Source: a virus (Duplodnaviria; Caudoviricetes). Taken from it: a stretch of 49,759 bases of DNA. Positions 1 to 8,120 of the stretch are shown in pieces (the stretch's first letter is position 1; every line of letters starts with the position of its first letter). The notes beneath the pieces were generated by a model. That model worked only from the letters and a program-made list of their open reading frames with translations, was not told the DNA's origin and searched no databases. The stretch is from positions 1 through 49,759 of the IMG/VR virus record IMGVR_UViG_3300037483_000961; one strand, written 5' to 3'. The translations under genes were made by a program, and so were the position numbers.

Positions 1-185
1 CTCGGATACCAGCGCTCTTCTTTCACCGAGATATAGCCATCGGCTTTGAGTTCCTTTACATTATGGTAAAGCCGGTAATTAGTCCTACCGGCAAAAACAG
101 AATAAATACTACATCCCGGTGATTGTATAATTTTTTTGAGTATGGTCGCTTTGCCGACCGCACTATTTTCTCTCCATACTCCCAT
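1..185 (-). CDS. Small hypothetical protein, possibly winged-helix DNA-binding; runs off window edge
   Basis: Manual translation from ATG at 185: MGVWRENSAVGKATILKKIIQSPGCSIYSVFAGRTNYRLYHNVKELKADGYISVKEERWYP; G-rich RBS upstream. Confidence 0.55.
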   Translation of the reverse strand, partial: MGVWRENSAVGKATILKKIIQSPGCSIYSVFAGRTNYRLYHNVKELKADGYISVKEERWYP

Positions 186-308
186 ACATCCCCCTTTTTT
201 GTAATAGTTGCTTATATTTCTTTATGTAATATACAGCCTTTTTATCATACCGAACATCTTTGTGCAATCTGTGTATTCTATTGAGAACATCCCGAATTAT
301 GGCTTCAT

Positions 309-797
309 TCATTCTTCGTACTCCTCAAACGATCTTCTAAGAATGGATTCAACTGTTTCTTCAGGAAGATTATGTTCTTCGGCAAGAATTTGAACCTTGG
401 TTCTTTTCAACGGACTGGATATATACTTCCAAGAATAAATTACTACAGATTCTTCATCTTGTAATTCGGAAAGAGAATCCGTAACGAAATGCTTATCTTT
501 GTGATGTCCAATATACCGCAGAACACCATCCTCATTTTTGGCCTTCTCTGCATCAGCTTCACTAAAATTACTCACTCCTACCAAATCCCAAAACTTGACT
601 AATTTTTGATTTCCAGGAATAAATGGAGGATTGTTTGCTACAGCAACAGTCTTTTGTATGAACAATGTTACCGTATTAATCGCCATTTCTATTCCTAATC
701 TGTCAGCAGCATTTGCTCTGTTCCTGAGCAGTTCCAATTCCTTAATCAAACTGTCTGCATTAATGTTCATTCGTTTCTCCTTTGTGCTTCTTCCCAT
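309..797 (-). CDS. Hypothetical protein
   Basis: 162-aa ORF co-directional with neighbours; AGGAG before the internal Met suggests a slightly later start. Confidence 0.7.
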   Translation of the reverse strand: MGRSTKEKRMNINADSLIKELELLRNRANAADRLGIEMAINTVTLFIQKTVAVANNPPFIPGNQKLVKFWDLVGVSNFSEADAEKAKNEDGVLRYIGHHKDKHFVTDSLSELQDEESVVIYSWKYISSPLKRTKVQILAEEHNLPEETVESILRRSFEEYEE

Positions 798-991
798 CTG
801 GTTTTTCTTAAATCTTGTAATTCCTCATAAGATTTGCCAAGTCTTTCTTTTTTGGAAAGAAAAACTTCATCCCATGGATGGGATTTTCTTATCACGCTAT
901 TGCTGGCTCGGTAACTGTGATTACCAGAAAACGGAATATCCAGCATTCCCGAAAACAACATTGTTGACATCATTTGGATGTATTTTTTCAT
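767..991 (-). CDS. Hypothetical protein
   Basis: 74-aa ORF, GAGG RBS, overlaps next gene. Confidence 0.55.
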   Translation of the reverse strand: MKKYIQMMSTMLFSGMLDIPFSGNHSYRASNSVIRKSHPWDEVFLSKKERLGKSYEELQDLRKTRWEEAQRRNE

Positions 992-1087
992 TCAAAAAAC
1001 CTCCTATTCTGTCTATTCCAAGGCGCAAGAACAAACTAAATCTGGACCCCAAAGCTTGTTATATCTCTTTACGAAATCCAAACATAT

Positions 1088-1477
1088 TTACTCCTTTTTT
1101 CCAATTAATAGGAAATTACCTCTAATGTAAAATTCTGTTGTTGAATCTTCAAAATTACTAGGAATTGGATTATACGTAGTAACAACAGGATGTTGACAAA
1201 AATGCCTAACTCCAATATCTATAAAATACACAGATAGCCAAGTTTCGATACTATATGTCATTGAATACGGAGTAAACCATGGTTCTGAATTTATAGGTAG
1301 TTGCATGTCAGTGCGAACAGCGCCTTTTATGTGCCAGAAATTCCACATTTGTGCATGAATATCTATATCGGCATACACAGAATTAGCCGGAGGAAAATAA
1401 TATGCGTCCTGAATTCTGGTACCGCCTGTTCCAATAAATCCGGTTTCCAAAGTTAATAATAATAATAACCAATTCAT
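1088..1477 (-). CDS. Putative exported / outer-membrane beta-rich protein
   Basis: Hydrophobic N-terminus (MNWLLLLLTLE), alternating aromatic beta-strand pattern, AGGAG RBS. Confidence 0.6.
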   Translation of the reverse strand: MNWLLLLLTLETGFIGTGGTRIQDAYYFPPANSVYADIDIHAQMWNFWHIKGAVRTDMQLPINSEPWFTPYSMTYSIETWLSVYFIDIGVRHFCQHPVVTTYNPIPSNFEDSTTEFYIRGNFLLIGKKE

Positions 1478-1521
1478 ACTTTTCTCCTTATAAGACTATA
1501 CCCAGGGAGTACCGTTGCGGG

Positions 1522-1839
1522 TTAAATGTCGAGTGATCGACACCCAATAATTATACCTTCCTTATCCCGTTGTACCCCAGCAGGTACAACTAAATCAGCT
1601 CTGGCAGGTAACGCTGATTTAATTATCTGAGACACTATCAATAGTGTCCCTTCCACTGCGTCGGGAAGCCCAGTGGGTTCTCCGAATACCGTCCGCGTCA
1701 GCGGAATACCGTCGACATCCCCTACGGACACGGTACTCGCACTGAGACGAGCAAGCCCAGTAGAATCAATAGTGCGAACAACAATTCCTTCATCCGATAG
1801 AATATGTATTGGATGTGGAGTTAAGTTGATAATTTTCAT
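1522..1839 (-). CDS. Conserved phage hypothetical protein (MKIINLTPHPI type)
   Basis: Start inferred at MKIINLTPH after AGGAG; NLTPH...IVS...DLVVP...RD..G.IIGC pattern recalled from a widespread phage family. Confidence 0.7.
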   Translation of the reverse strand: MKIINLTPHPIHILSDEGIVVRTIDSTGLARLSASTVSVGDVDGIPLTRTVFGEPTGLPDAVEGTLLIVSQIIKSALPARADLVVPAGVQRDKEGIIIGCRSLDI

Positions 1840-1868
1840 TATTTGCGTCTCCTTTTTGAAGGAAGGAA

Positions 1869-2192
1869 TTAATTTCCTCCGCATACAGCACAATCGAAAC
1901 CTGTACGTACATTTGTCGTGTCTGTACCGCAATAAAAACATATATCCCTGCCTGCTGGCACATCCGGGTGTACACGTCGATAATAACCAGTTACAACCTC
2001 AGTCTCTTCTTCTCCGTTCGAGAAGACACGCCATGTACGCAGCGCATCTCGGTGTTGCAACAACCCAGGACCGCTCTTCCAGTCGCCTACCGGACCGATC
2101 AAAACCTGCTCTGCTTCCAGAGAATCAAGATTACCGAGATTTCCTGTAACTGTGTTGCCGGAATAGCAACGATATCTGTATATTGTATCCAT
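1869..2192 (-). CDS. Hypothetical protein with C-terminal zinc finger
   Basis: CFYC...CAVC motif, AAGGAG RBS, promoter directly upstream. Confidence 0.65.
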   Translation of the reverse strand: MDTIYRYRCYSGNTVTGNLGNLDSLEAEQVLIGPVGDWKSGPGLLQHRDALRTWRVFSNGEEETEVVTGYYRRVHPDVPAGRDICFYCGTDTTNVRTGFDCAVCGGN

Positions 2193-2216
2193 TATTTTAC
2201 TCCTTAACTTAAATTC

Positions 2217-2245
2217 ATAGTATCACACTATTACAAACGTGTCAA
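2217..2245 (-). promoter_or_regulatory. sigma70-type promoter
   Basis: TTGACA-17 nt-TACTAT with extended -10 TG; the -35 overlaps the LRR gene stop codon. Confidence 0.7.
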
Positions 2246-2616
2246 GCTGTTTTTATTTGTTTCAAAATTTTTTCTCTCATAAATTTGCTACAATACAAAA
2301 AATAATTCCCCACACTAGTCACGTTGGGTAAGTCCAGTGACGTAAGGGATTCGTTGCAGTACAAAAAATAATTCCCAACACTAGTCACATTAGGTAAGTT
2401 TATTGACGTGAGGGAATTGTTGTGGAACAGAAACCCATTCCCAACACTAGTCACGTTGGGTAAGTCCAGTGACGTAAGGGAATTGTTGTAATACAAAAAA
2501 TCAACCCCAACACTAGTCACGTTGGGTAAGTTTATTGACGTGAGGGATTTATTGCTATGCAAAAACCAATCCCCAATACTTTCTAATTTGTTATCTGAAA
2601 CATTAATAATTTTCAT
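2242..2616 (-). CDS. BspA/LRR_5-type leucine-rich repeat protein
   Basis: 22-aa repeats SLTS(L/I)(D/N)LPNVTSVGxxFLxxN; paralog at 29014-29454. Confidence 0.85.
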   Translation of the reverse strand: MKIINVSDNKLESIGDWFLHSNKSLTSINLPNVTSVGVDFLYYNNSLTSLDLPNVTSVGNGFLFHNNSLTSINLPNVTSVGNYFLYCNESLTSLDLPNVTSVGNYFLYCSKFMREKILKQIKTA

Positions 2617-2628
2617 TTGAACACCTTA

Positions 2629-2859
2629 TCATGCTATCGGCCACTTGTCAAGATATTCAGAACGAGGTCTGGTAGGGGGCTTTTCAAGAAAAGTCCATCC
2701 TCCGTCCTCATATACGTACCGACAATTAAAAACCGGATCAATCGAGTATTCATCCTTATAAATAGGAAATCCTGTAAATTCTCCAGCTTGAACAGCTTCG
2801 TATATATTTTGAGTTATTACATCTCCACAAGAGTAATACGTTATATAAATATGATTCAT
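2629..2859 (-). CDS. Hypothetical protein
   Basis: 76-aa ORF with GGAGG RBS. Confidence 0.6.
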   Translation of the reverse strand: MNHIYITYYSCGDVITQNIYEAVQAGEFTGFPIYKDEYSIDPVFNCRYVYEDGGWTFLEKPPTRPRSEYLDKWPIA

Positions 2860-3206
2860 TTTTCCTCCTATGTTCGATTTTCGTAACAGTAATCATACCT
2901 GTTGTCTCCTTGTATTCGCTTTTCTCTTAACACCTTAACACAGTATGATACTACTGTCAAGTATTTTCTTAAAAAACTTTCGACTATAGCACTATTATTC
3001 CTGTAATGGCTGTGCTACAATTATACCGATAAAAGGTAAGCACAAATGAACGAAACAAACAAGAATACTCATATTTCGCATAATGGACATTCTATATACA
3101 AATACCAAAACCAAGATACATGCCAGCCAGCAACTCACTCGCCTCGATTTTTGCCTCGATCGATTTTGGACATTTTCCCCTACTTCCTGGACGGTTTTTT
3201 GAACAC

Positions 3207-3235
3207 AAAAAAATCCTACCCGGTTAGGTAGGATT
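3207..3235 (-). terminator. Rho-independent terminator
   Basis: 9-bp stem AATCCTACC/GGTAGGATT followed by a T-run on the minus strand, downstream of the ImmA-like gene. Confidence 0.6.
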
Positions 3236-3283
3236 CGTACATAAAATTATAAAACTTTTTAACAAAATCAAAAACTATATTTT

Positions 3284-3796
3284 CTAATCCAGTAAGTAAT
3301 CGCCAAGATTTCGTAATCTACTATTTACAGTTAGCACGGAAGTACCAAAATAATCTGCAATTTGTTGAACTGTGTATCCTTGATTGTTCAAATCTTTAAC
3401 AGCCCATCGAGGAAGTAGAAAAGACAAAGCAAATTGATTAGCTTCGTATTCCTGTTCATTATACTTTGTTGCACTGACATCACGAGAAAACATACTATCT
3501 ATCCATCGCTTTTCCTTACCTGCTTGGTGCAAAATCATATGTCCTAAAACATGCGCCAGAACAAAATTATTATCATCTCGCTTCGAAATGACAGGAAGTG
3601 CTATCACGAATGTATATCCCGTCAATTCAACCATTGCCGTAGCATCTACGTCTCCAGGAATAGCCTCGTAAGTAATGGTTCCTCCTAAACGAGAAATTAC
3701 ATCAGACATAACTAAACCGTCTTTGGTATCATATCCCAGTAGCTCTCGTGTCTGTTTTGATATATCCTCAATCTTTCTTTTCTTGACTATATCCAT
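3284..3796 (-). CDS. ImmA/IrrE-family (Peptidase M78/DUF955) protein with non-canonical HVLGH motif
   Basis: F.LAHVLGH in place of HExxH, E.EAN.FA..FLLP motif, C-terminal HTH (QQIADYFGTS). Confidence 0.8.
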   Translation of the reverse strand: MDIVKKRKIEDISKQTRELLGYDTKDGLVMSDVISRLGGTITYEAIPGDVDATAMVELTGYTFVIALPVISKRDDNNFVLAHVLGHMILHQAGKEKRWIDSMFSRDVSATKYNEQEYEANQFALSFLLPRWAVKDLNNQGYTVQQIADYFGTSVLTVNSRLRNLGDYLLD

Positions 3797-3891
3797 AATA
3801 TCCTACTTCTTTTTGATCCTTATACTCCTCCTATACCCCACCGGGTATACTCTCCTTAAATTAGGAAAGTATCATACCTTTTCGGGTATAA

Positions 3892-5112
3892 TTAAGGTCG
3901 ATACATTCTCACTTCAGTACACCCTCTTTCGTCGTCCCACAGCCTAGCCTGTGCTTCTCTCATACTGTGATACCCGTTATCACTATGCCACTGATCTGCC
4001 GGTGCCAATGAAGGTAAAAACACGATTTTTACTCCGTTTTTACTGTATGAACTTCTGGCCATTTCTTCATGATGGTGCAGATGTCCTACATGGATCTCTC
4101 TGAACTTAGCCTTAGCCCACATTTCAGGTTCACAAGTAGCGAATTCAAATATCAACTTATCTGGTTTTTGTTTGTCAATGTGAACCATCCTTATAGCGTA
4201 GTTTCCTCTGGCAAAGTTTTTCGCCTTCTTAGGACTACTATCTATAGTTACTGTAGGAATGTTTCTGTATCGTTGTTCAATAGCTTTACCTAAAAGATAC
4301 GTAGACAACCTGTCATGGTTTCCTGTAATAACAGGAACATGGACAGGTGCTAACAAAATCAAACGATCAATAACAGCGAAAACAGCAGACAATCCTGTTT
4401 CTATAGCTAAATAAGGATCTGTATTCCATTGAGGTGTTCCTGCTGTTGTAGTACTATTGAGATTATCGATATTTAAAAAATCTTCACCAAAAGGAAACAA
4501 AATCATCCCGAGTTCCCCAGATTGAAAACCTTTAGTCAAATTATTAACAGCATCCAAATACACATCTTTGGCTTCTTGTGGTCCGTAATTTTGATCATGT
4601 TCCACTGATTCAGAGTAAATAATCTGGCCCATATGAAGATCTGGTACAGATATTTCTAGTACCTTATTAGAGTAATTTTTAGGTTCATATTTGATTTTTG
4701 GAGGGATATAATCTTTTGTTATCTCTAAAAAGATTTCACCAAACCGGGTGATATCTATTTCTTTTTCTATTGGTTCGAATTCTACTTTGACTTGTTTGTT
4801 GGGGTTAGTAGTACTTCCCCAAGTATTAGTTGTAAGTTTTTTAATTTGGAAACGATCTTCAGGTACATCGTGAAAAGACAAACTATCTTGTAACGACTCG
4901 ACTTCATGGCTTTCTGTTATTTCTTTCTTAGGTTCTCCTGAAATCTTTTCATCTATATCCGCAATTATTTTTCGAACTTGCCTTGGATACCATTCTAACG
5001 ACAATTCCGATCCGGTTTCTTTTTTGAACAATTCATAATTCTGCATTGTCCAATCTCTGCCTTTACTAGTGAGTGACTGCCGTATCCAGTCGTTGCCGGA
5101 TATTTGTACCAT
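3892..5112 (-). CDS. Calcineurin-like metallophosphoesterase (phage nuclease/phosphoesterase type)
   Basis: DLHMG, GED, GNHD, H and GHLHH motifs in order. Confidence 0.8.
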   Translation of the reverse strand: MVQISGNDWIRQSLTSKGRDWTMQNYELFKKETGSELSLEWYPRQVRKIIADIDEKISGEPKKEITESHEVESLQDSLSFHDVPEDRFQIKKLTTNTWGSTTNPNKQVKVEFEPIEKEIDITRFGEIFLEITKDYIPPKIKYEPKNYSNKVLEISVPDLHMGQIIYSESVEHDQNYGPQEAKDVYLDAVNNLTKGFQSGELGMILFPFGEDFLNIDNLNSTTTAGTPQWNTDPYLAIETGLSAVFAVIDRLILLAPVHVPVITGNHDRLSTYLLGKAIEQRYRNIPTVTIDSSPKKAKNFARGNYAIRMVHIDKQKPDKLIFEFATCEPEMWAKAKFREIHVGHLHHHEEMARSSYSKNGVKIVFLPSLAPADQWHSDNGYHSMREAQARLWDDERGCTEVRMYRP

Positions 5113-5130
5113 TCAGTATCCTTTCTTTTT

Positions 5131-5159
5131 CAGAACCCCGGTAATGTACCGGGGTTCTG
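5131..5159. other. Perfect 13-bp intergenic stem-loop
   Basis: CAGAACCCCGGTA-ATG-TACCGGGGTTCTG between Hsp20 and phosphoesterase; no U-tract on the coding strand. Confidence 0.6.
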
Positions 5160-5165
5160 TATTGT

Positions 5166-5708
5166 TTACGTGATAGCTATAGCTTTTGGTTTTCTATTTT
5201 CATTCACAGGAATTTCAACGATCAGCACGCCTTCGTTCCACTTCGTGGAAGCTTTGTCAATATCGTATTTGTCTCCATCCACAACGTATTTATACTTTCC
5301 AGATGTGGACTGTTTTATGCCTGTTCTAACAAGTTTCCATTCTTGAGTTTTTGTTTCTTCATCTTTGGCTATTTTAAGAACCAAATTCCCATCTTTGTAA
5401 GACAACGAAATATTTTCCTTTTTAATACCAGCCAAAGCATATTCAAACTTCAATGCTCCTGTTTCTACGTGAATAGAAACATTAAAAGGCGGAAACGTGT
5501 TTGTCACATTTGCCCACGGATTACCGTTATCCTGAATATACGTATCAATTATTTTCAACGTATAAAGAGGACGAGAAAAATCAACAAACGGAACAGATCC
5601 CCCTGCGCTTATCCTGTTACCCTCATAAGGAACATCAGGGATACAACCAAGAATATCCGAAAACCATGTCGAAGTGCTATTCGACCCAGAAATAGTAGAG
5701 TGTTTCAT
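5166..5708 (-). CDS. Small heat-shock protein (Hsp20/alpha-crystallin)
   Basis: FPPFNV...ALAGIKKENI...GVLIVEIP...KPKAIAI (IxI) motifs. Confidence 0.85.
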   Translation of the reverse strand: MKHSTISGSNSTSTWFSDILGCIPDVPYEGNRISAGGSVPFVDFSRPLYTLKIIDTYIQDNGNPWANVTNTFPPFNVSIHVETGALKFEYALAGIKKENISLSYKDGNLVLKIAKDEETKTQEWKLVRTGIKQSTSGKYKYVVDGDKYDIDKASTKWNEGVLIVEIPVNENRKPKAIAIT

Positions 5709-5825
5709 ATGAACACCTCCGAAAAATAGTTATTCCCTCATACGAGGCGAATTGTGTTTTACGTGCAAGAGCATTCTCGCACGGTTTATTATATCATGTT
5801 TTTGATGTATTTTTCTTTCACGATA

Positions 5826-5899
5826 TGGCCAAGCTGGGATTCGAACCCAGAACACTTAGATTCTAAATCTAAAATCTCTACCGATTGGATTACTTGGCC
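5826..5899 (-). tRNA. tRNA-Leu (anticodon TAG), short variable loop
   Basis: GGCCAAG/CTTGGCC acceptor, TTAGA-TTTAGAA-TCTAA anticodon arm, CTGGG-TTCGAAT-CCCAG T-arm, A73. Confidence 0.85.
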
Positions 5900-6025
5900 T
5901 TTTCTTAGAAATTTGTCAACCCTATTACCACTGAAAATCAAATAATTTATTTAGCAGTAGGCATTTATTTTGTTATTTTGAAACCATTTTGTCCTGGAAT
6001 ATGTACCATTTTCCGGACAAAAAAC

Positions 6026-6096
6026 CACCCTCGCAAGGACTTGAACCTCGACCAGCAGATCCAAATTCTGCCGTGCTACCATTACACCACAAGGGT
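6026..6096 (-). tRNA. tRNA-Gln (anticodon TTG)
   Basis: ACCCTTG/CGAGGGT acceptor, GCAGA-ATTTGGA-TCTGC anticodon arm, TTCAAGT T-loop, G73. Confidence 0.88.
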
Positions 6097-6106
6097 AGAG
6101 TGCGTT

Positions 6107-6349
6107 TTATGGTGCTCCGACAACATCCTTAAAATAAGCTTTGAACATTTCAGTTACTTCTTCAAACGAACCATACGGACCGTAAAGATCATAAATTTCA
6201 TTTTCGAAGTACCACCCCGCTATATACTTTTCACCCCAAGCTGTTACTTTTTCCTTCTTAAAGCAATAAATATACTTATGAACTTTTCCATCCTTATCAA
6301 CATAATAAGAATCACTGGAATCGGCTTTATCAGTTACCATAGTTTTCAC
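6107..6349 (-). CDS. Hypothetical protein
   Basis: 80-aa ORF overlapping the upstream ORF by 4 nt. Confidence 0.65.
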   Translation of the reverse strand: MKTMVTDKADSSDSYYVDKDGKVHKYIYCFKKEKVTAWGEKYIAGWYFENEIYDLYGPYGSFEEVTEMFKAYFKDVVGAP

Positions 6350-6594
6350 AATATACTACTTCCTTTTGCATTAGTTAGTCTATAATCAAGCTCTTCAGAA
6401 TAATACTCAACCATGTCCATCAAATCTTCAGGACAATAAACATACATCAACGATAACGCATCCTGTACTACAGAAGCTTCTTTGTGCGTAAGACCGGAAG
6501 ATGCTATAGATTTCCATATTTCTGCTAACTGTTCAATACAATATTTTCTATCTTGATAAACATGTTCACTCATTAGTTTTATCTTCTTCTCCAT
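6346..6594 (-). CDS. Hypothetical protein
   Basis: 82-aa ORF in a tightly packed minus-strand run. Confidence 0.65.
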   Translation of the reverse strand: MEKKIKLMSEHVYQDRKYCIEQLAEIWKSIASSGLTHKEASVVQDALSLMYVYCPEDLMDMVEYYSEELDYRLTNAKGSSIL

Positions 6595-6868
6595 AATGAA
6601 GAAGCACTTCCGTTAAGCCAATTTCTTTGGCTCTTTTGAAATTACTTCCGCCGTCTGTTACGAATCTTTCTAGTTCTAATTTATAAACTAATCGAAGTGT
6701 TTTCGTAGCTCCTAAATTCTGATACATCTTATAAAAGCGTTCTGCTTCATTTATACAAACCATTCTTTCTTCGTAACTAAAAGGATAAACAGGAAACTTC
6801 AATGTGTATCGTGTTGGCGTAAGAGTCAATCTAATATTTGTAATTCCTTCTTTGGTAAGGACTTCCAT
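6566..6868 (-). CDS. Hypothetical protein
   Basis: 100-aa ORF with AAGGAG RBS. Confidence 0.65.
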   Translation of the reverse strand: MEVLTKEGITNIRLTLTPTRYTLKFPVYPFSYEERMVCINEAERFYKMYQNLGATKTLRLVYKLELERFVTDGGSNFKRAKEIGLTEVLLHYGEEDKTNE

Positions 6869-6897
6869 CGTTGTGGCTCCTTTTTAAAAGGAGACTT

Positions 6898-7083
6898 TCA
6901 AACAATAAATGTTTGTAAAGTAACAGATATCGGTTTTCCATTGCCAAACATTTCTATTGCGGTAAAAAGATCTATACTCATGACACCAACACTCGTTACC
7001 TTAGTAAATTCTTTAATGATTTCTAATATTTTAGATTCTGTTTCTTTTTTCATAACTCTCACTTCATTAATCGTAAGTAGCAT
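6898..7083 (-). CDS. Hypothetical protein
   Basis: 61-aa ORF with AGGAGG RBS. Confidence 0.5.
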   Translation of the reverse strand: MLLTINEVRVMKKETESKILEIIKEFTKVTSVGVMSIDLFTAIEMFGNGKPISVTLQTFIV

Positions 7084-7236
7084 CGTCTCCTCCTGTGTTC
7101 ATTTCCAAAACTATTTGTGCTAATCTGTTTATTATCAAATATACGGTTTGCTCTGGTTGCAACATTTTTTACTTCAGCCCCAAACTGTGGGTGATCATAA
7201 AAAACAGAGCCATAAACTACTTCACCGTAAAGCACA

Positions 7237-7310
7237 TAGCAGGGACAGGACTCGAACCTGCAACCTTCGGGATATGAGCCCGACGAGCTAACCAATTGCT
7301 CTACCCTGCT
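7237..7310 (-). tRNA. tRNA-Met (anticodon CAT), initiator-like
   Basis: AGCAGGG/CCCTGCT acceptor, TCGGG-CTCATAT-CCCGA anticodon arm with three G-C pairs. Confidence 0.9.
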
Positions 7311-7337
7311 AAAACCATCATTTTGTAAAAATTAGTT

Positions 7338-7520
7338 TTAACCACCAAGTGTATCAACTATGCTACGGAACAAAGATAGCACAACACTTGTCCACAATAA
7401 ACTAACAATATAATAAGGCGTCACGTAATCCTTATCTAATATCGACAAGAAAACATTGATTACAGCAATAATCAGTGCTACAATCCTAATAACAACCCAT
7501 ACAATATCTAATACACCCAT
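7338..7520 (-). CDS. Small membrane protein (2 TM)
   Basis: 60 aa, two hydrophobic segments, AGGAGG RBS. Confidence 0.65.
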   Translation of the reverse strand: MGVLDIVWVVIRIVALIIAVINVFLSILDKDYVTPYYIVSLLWTSVVLSLFRSIVDTLGG

Positions 7521-7574
7521 ACGCCCTCCTTAACAAATTTTAAAAAAGCAAAACCTTTTGCCTTTTCTCATATA

Positions 7575-7945
7575 ACCAACGTCCATAATCGAACTGGTAT
7601 CCTACGCAACCGCAGAACATACCCCAAGCCTGTTTACCGGGCTCTCGAAGGTTTCAGTCTTTCCCGATGTCATCGGCTCTTCTCCGTGATTGCGCTGACA
7701 CGAAAAAAAGTGTTCGATTATACCGTTTTGTTTTGTTTCAGCTCTCATCTTCTAATGGATTAGCTCTCCAGTCTAAACGGTTTGACTGATTGACCATCGT
7801 CCTGCGCGACCAGGATACTCAGCTACGATCAGCAGTGTGAACAATAGCGTCCTATTGTCGAGTAGCATCAGTTACCACACCACGTTGTACCGTGTGTACC
7901 ACCACATACTTGTGGTCTCGATGATTCTTGGTCTTTCCCAAGTGT
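7575..7945 (-). ncRNA. Putative large structured non-coding RNA directly 3' of tRNA-Tyr
   Basis: No credible ORF, GC-richer than flanks, many hairpins, long-range helices (ATAATCGAAC/GTTCGATTAT) and a possible pseudoknot; family not identified. Confidence 0.65.
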
Positions 7946-7946
7946 T

Positions 7947-8029
7947 AGCGCCGGGCAGGATTCGAACCTGCAACGTTTCTCGTGTAACGGATTTACAGTC
8001 CGCCCCCTTCACCATTTGGATACCGACGC
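7947..8029 (-). tRNA. tRNA-Tyr (anticodon GTA)
   Basis: GCGTCGG/CCGGCGC acceptor, GCGGA-CTGTAAA-TCCGT arm, long variable arm; discriminator reads U rather than the usual A. Confidence 0.88.
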
Positions 8030-8060
8030 ATATTTTATTCAATAATTGGTTTTTAAAACC

Positions 8061-8118
8061 AACCACATCCACAGAAAACAGGTAGAGTTTCTACCACAAT
8101 TTTTCTGCTTCAGTGGTT
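8061..8118 (-). ncRNA. Conserved 3' hairpin of pentamer array 1
   Basis: AACCAC/GTGGTT, GCAGAAAA/TTTTCTGT, GGTAGA/TCTACC helices; homologous to 14819-14872. Confidence 0.7.
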
Positions 8119-8120
8119 AA

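Noticed and set aside
631-1125. Long plus-strand ORFs in the left arm and minus-strand ORFs in the replication block
   Set aside because: Antisense to well-supported genes with RBSs; no motifs or translation signals
5856-5872. Amber-suppressor (CTA) anticodon and stop-codon recoding
   Set aside because: CTA appears only on the non-coding strand of tRNA-Leu(TAG); the tRNA at 32239 centres on TCT; long genes are intact in the standard code and several end in TAG
7059-7295. 78-aa ORF overlapping tRNA-Met, and similar ORFs over tRNA-Tyr, -Leu, -Gln and -Thr
   Set aside because: They run through tRNA genes; a shorter downstream-start peptide is possible but unsupported
7655-7680. Hammerhead ribozyme core in the structured RNA
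   Set aside because: The minus strand reads CCGATGA rather than CTGANGA and the required three-stem junction is not evident
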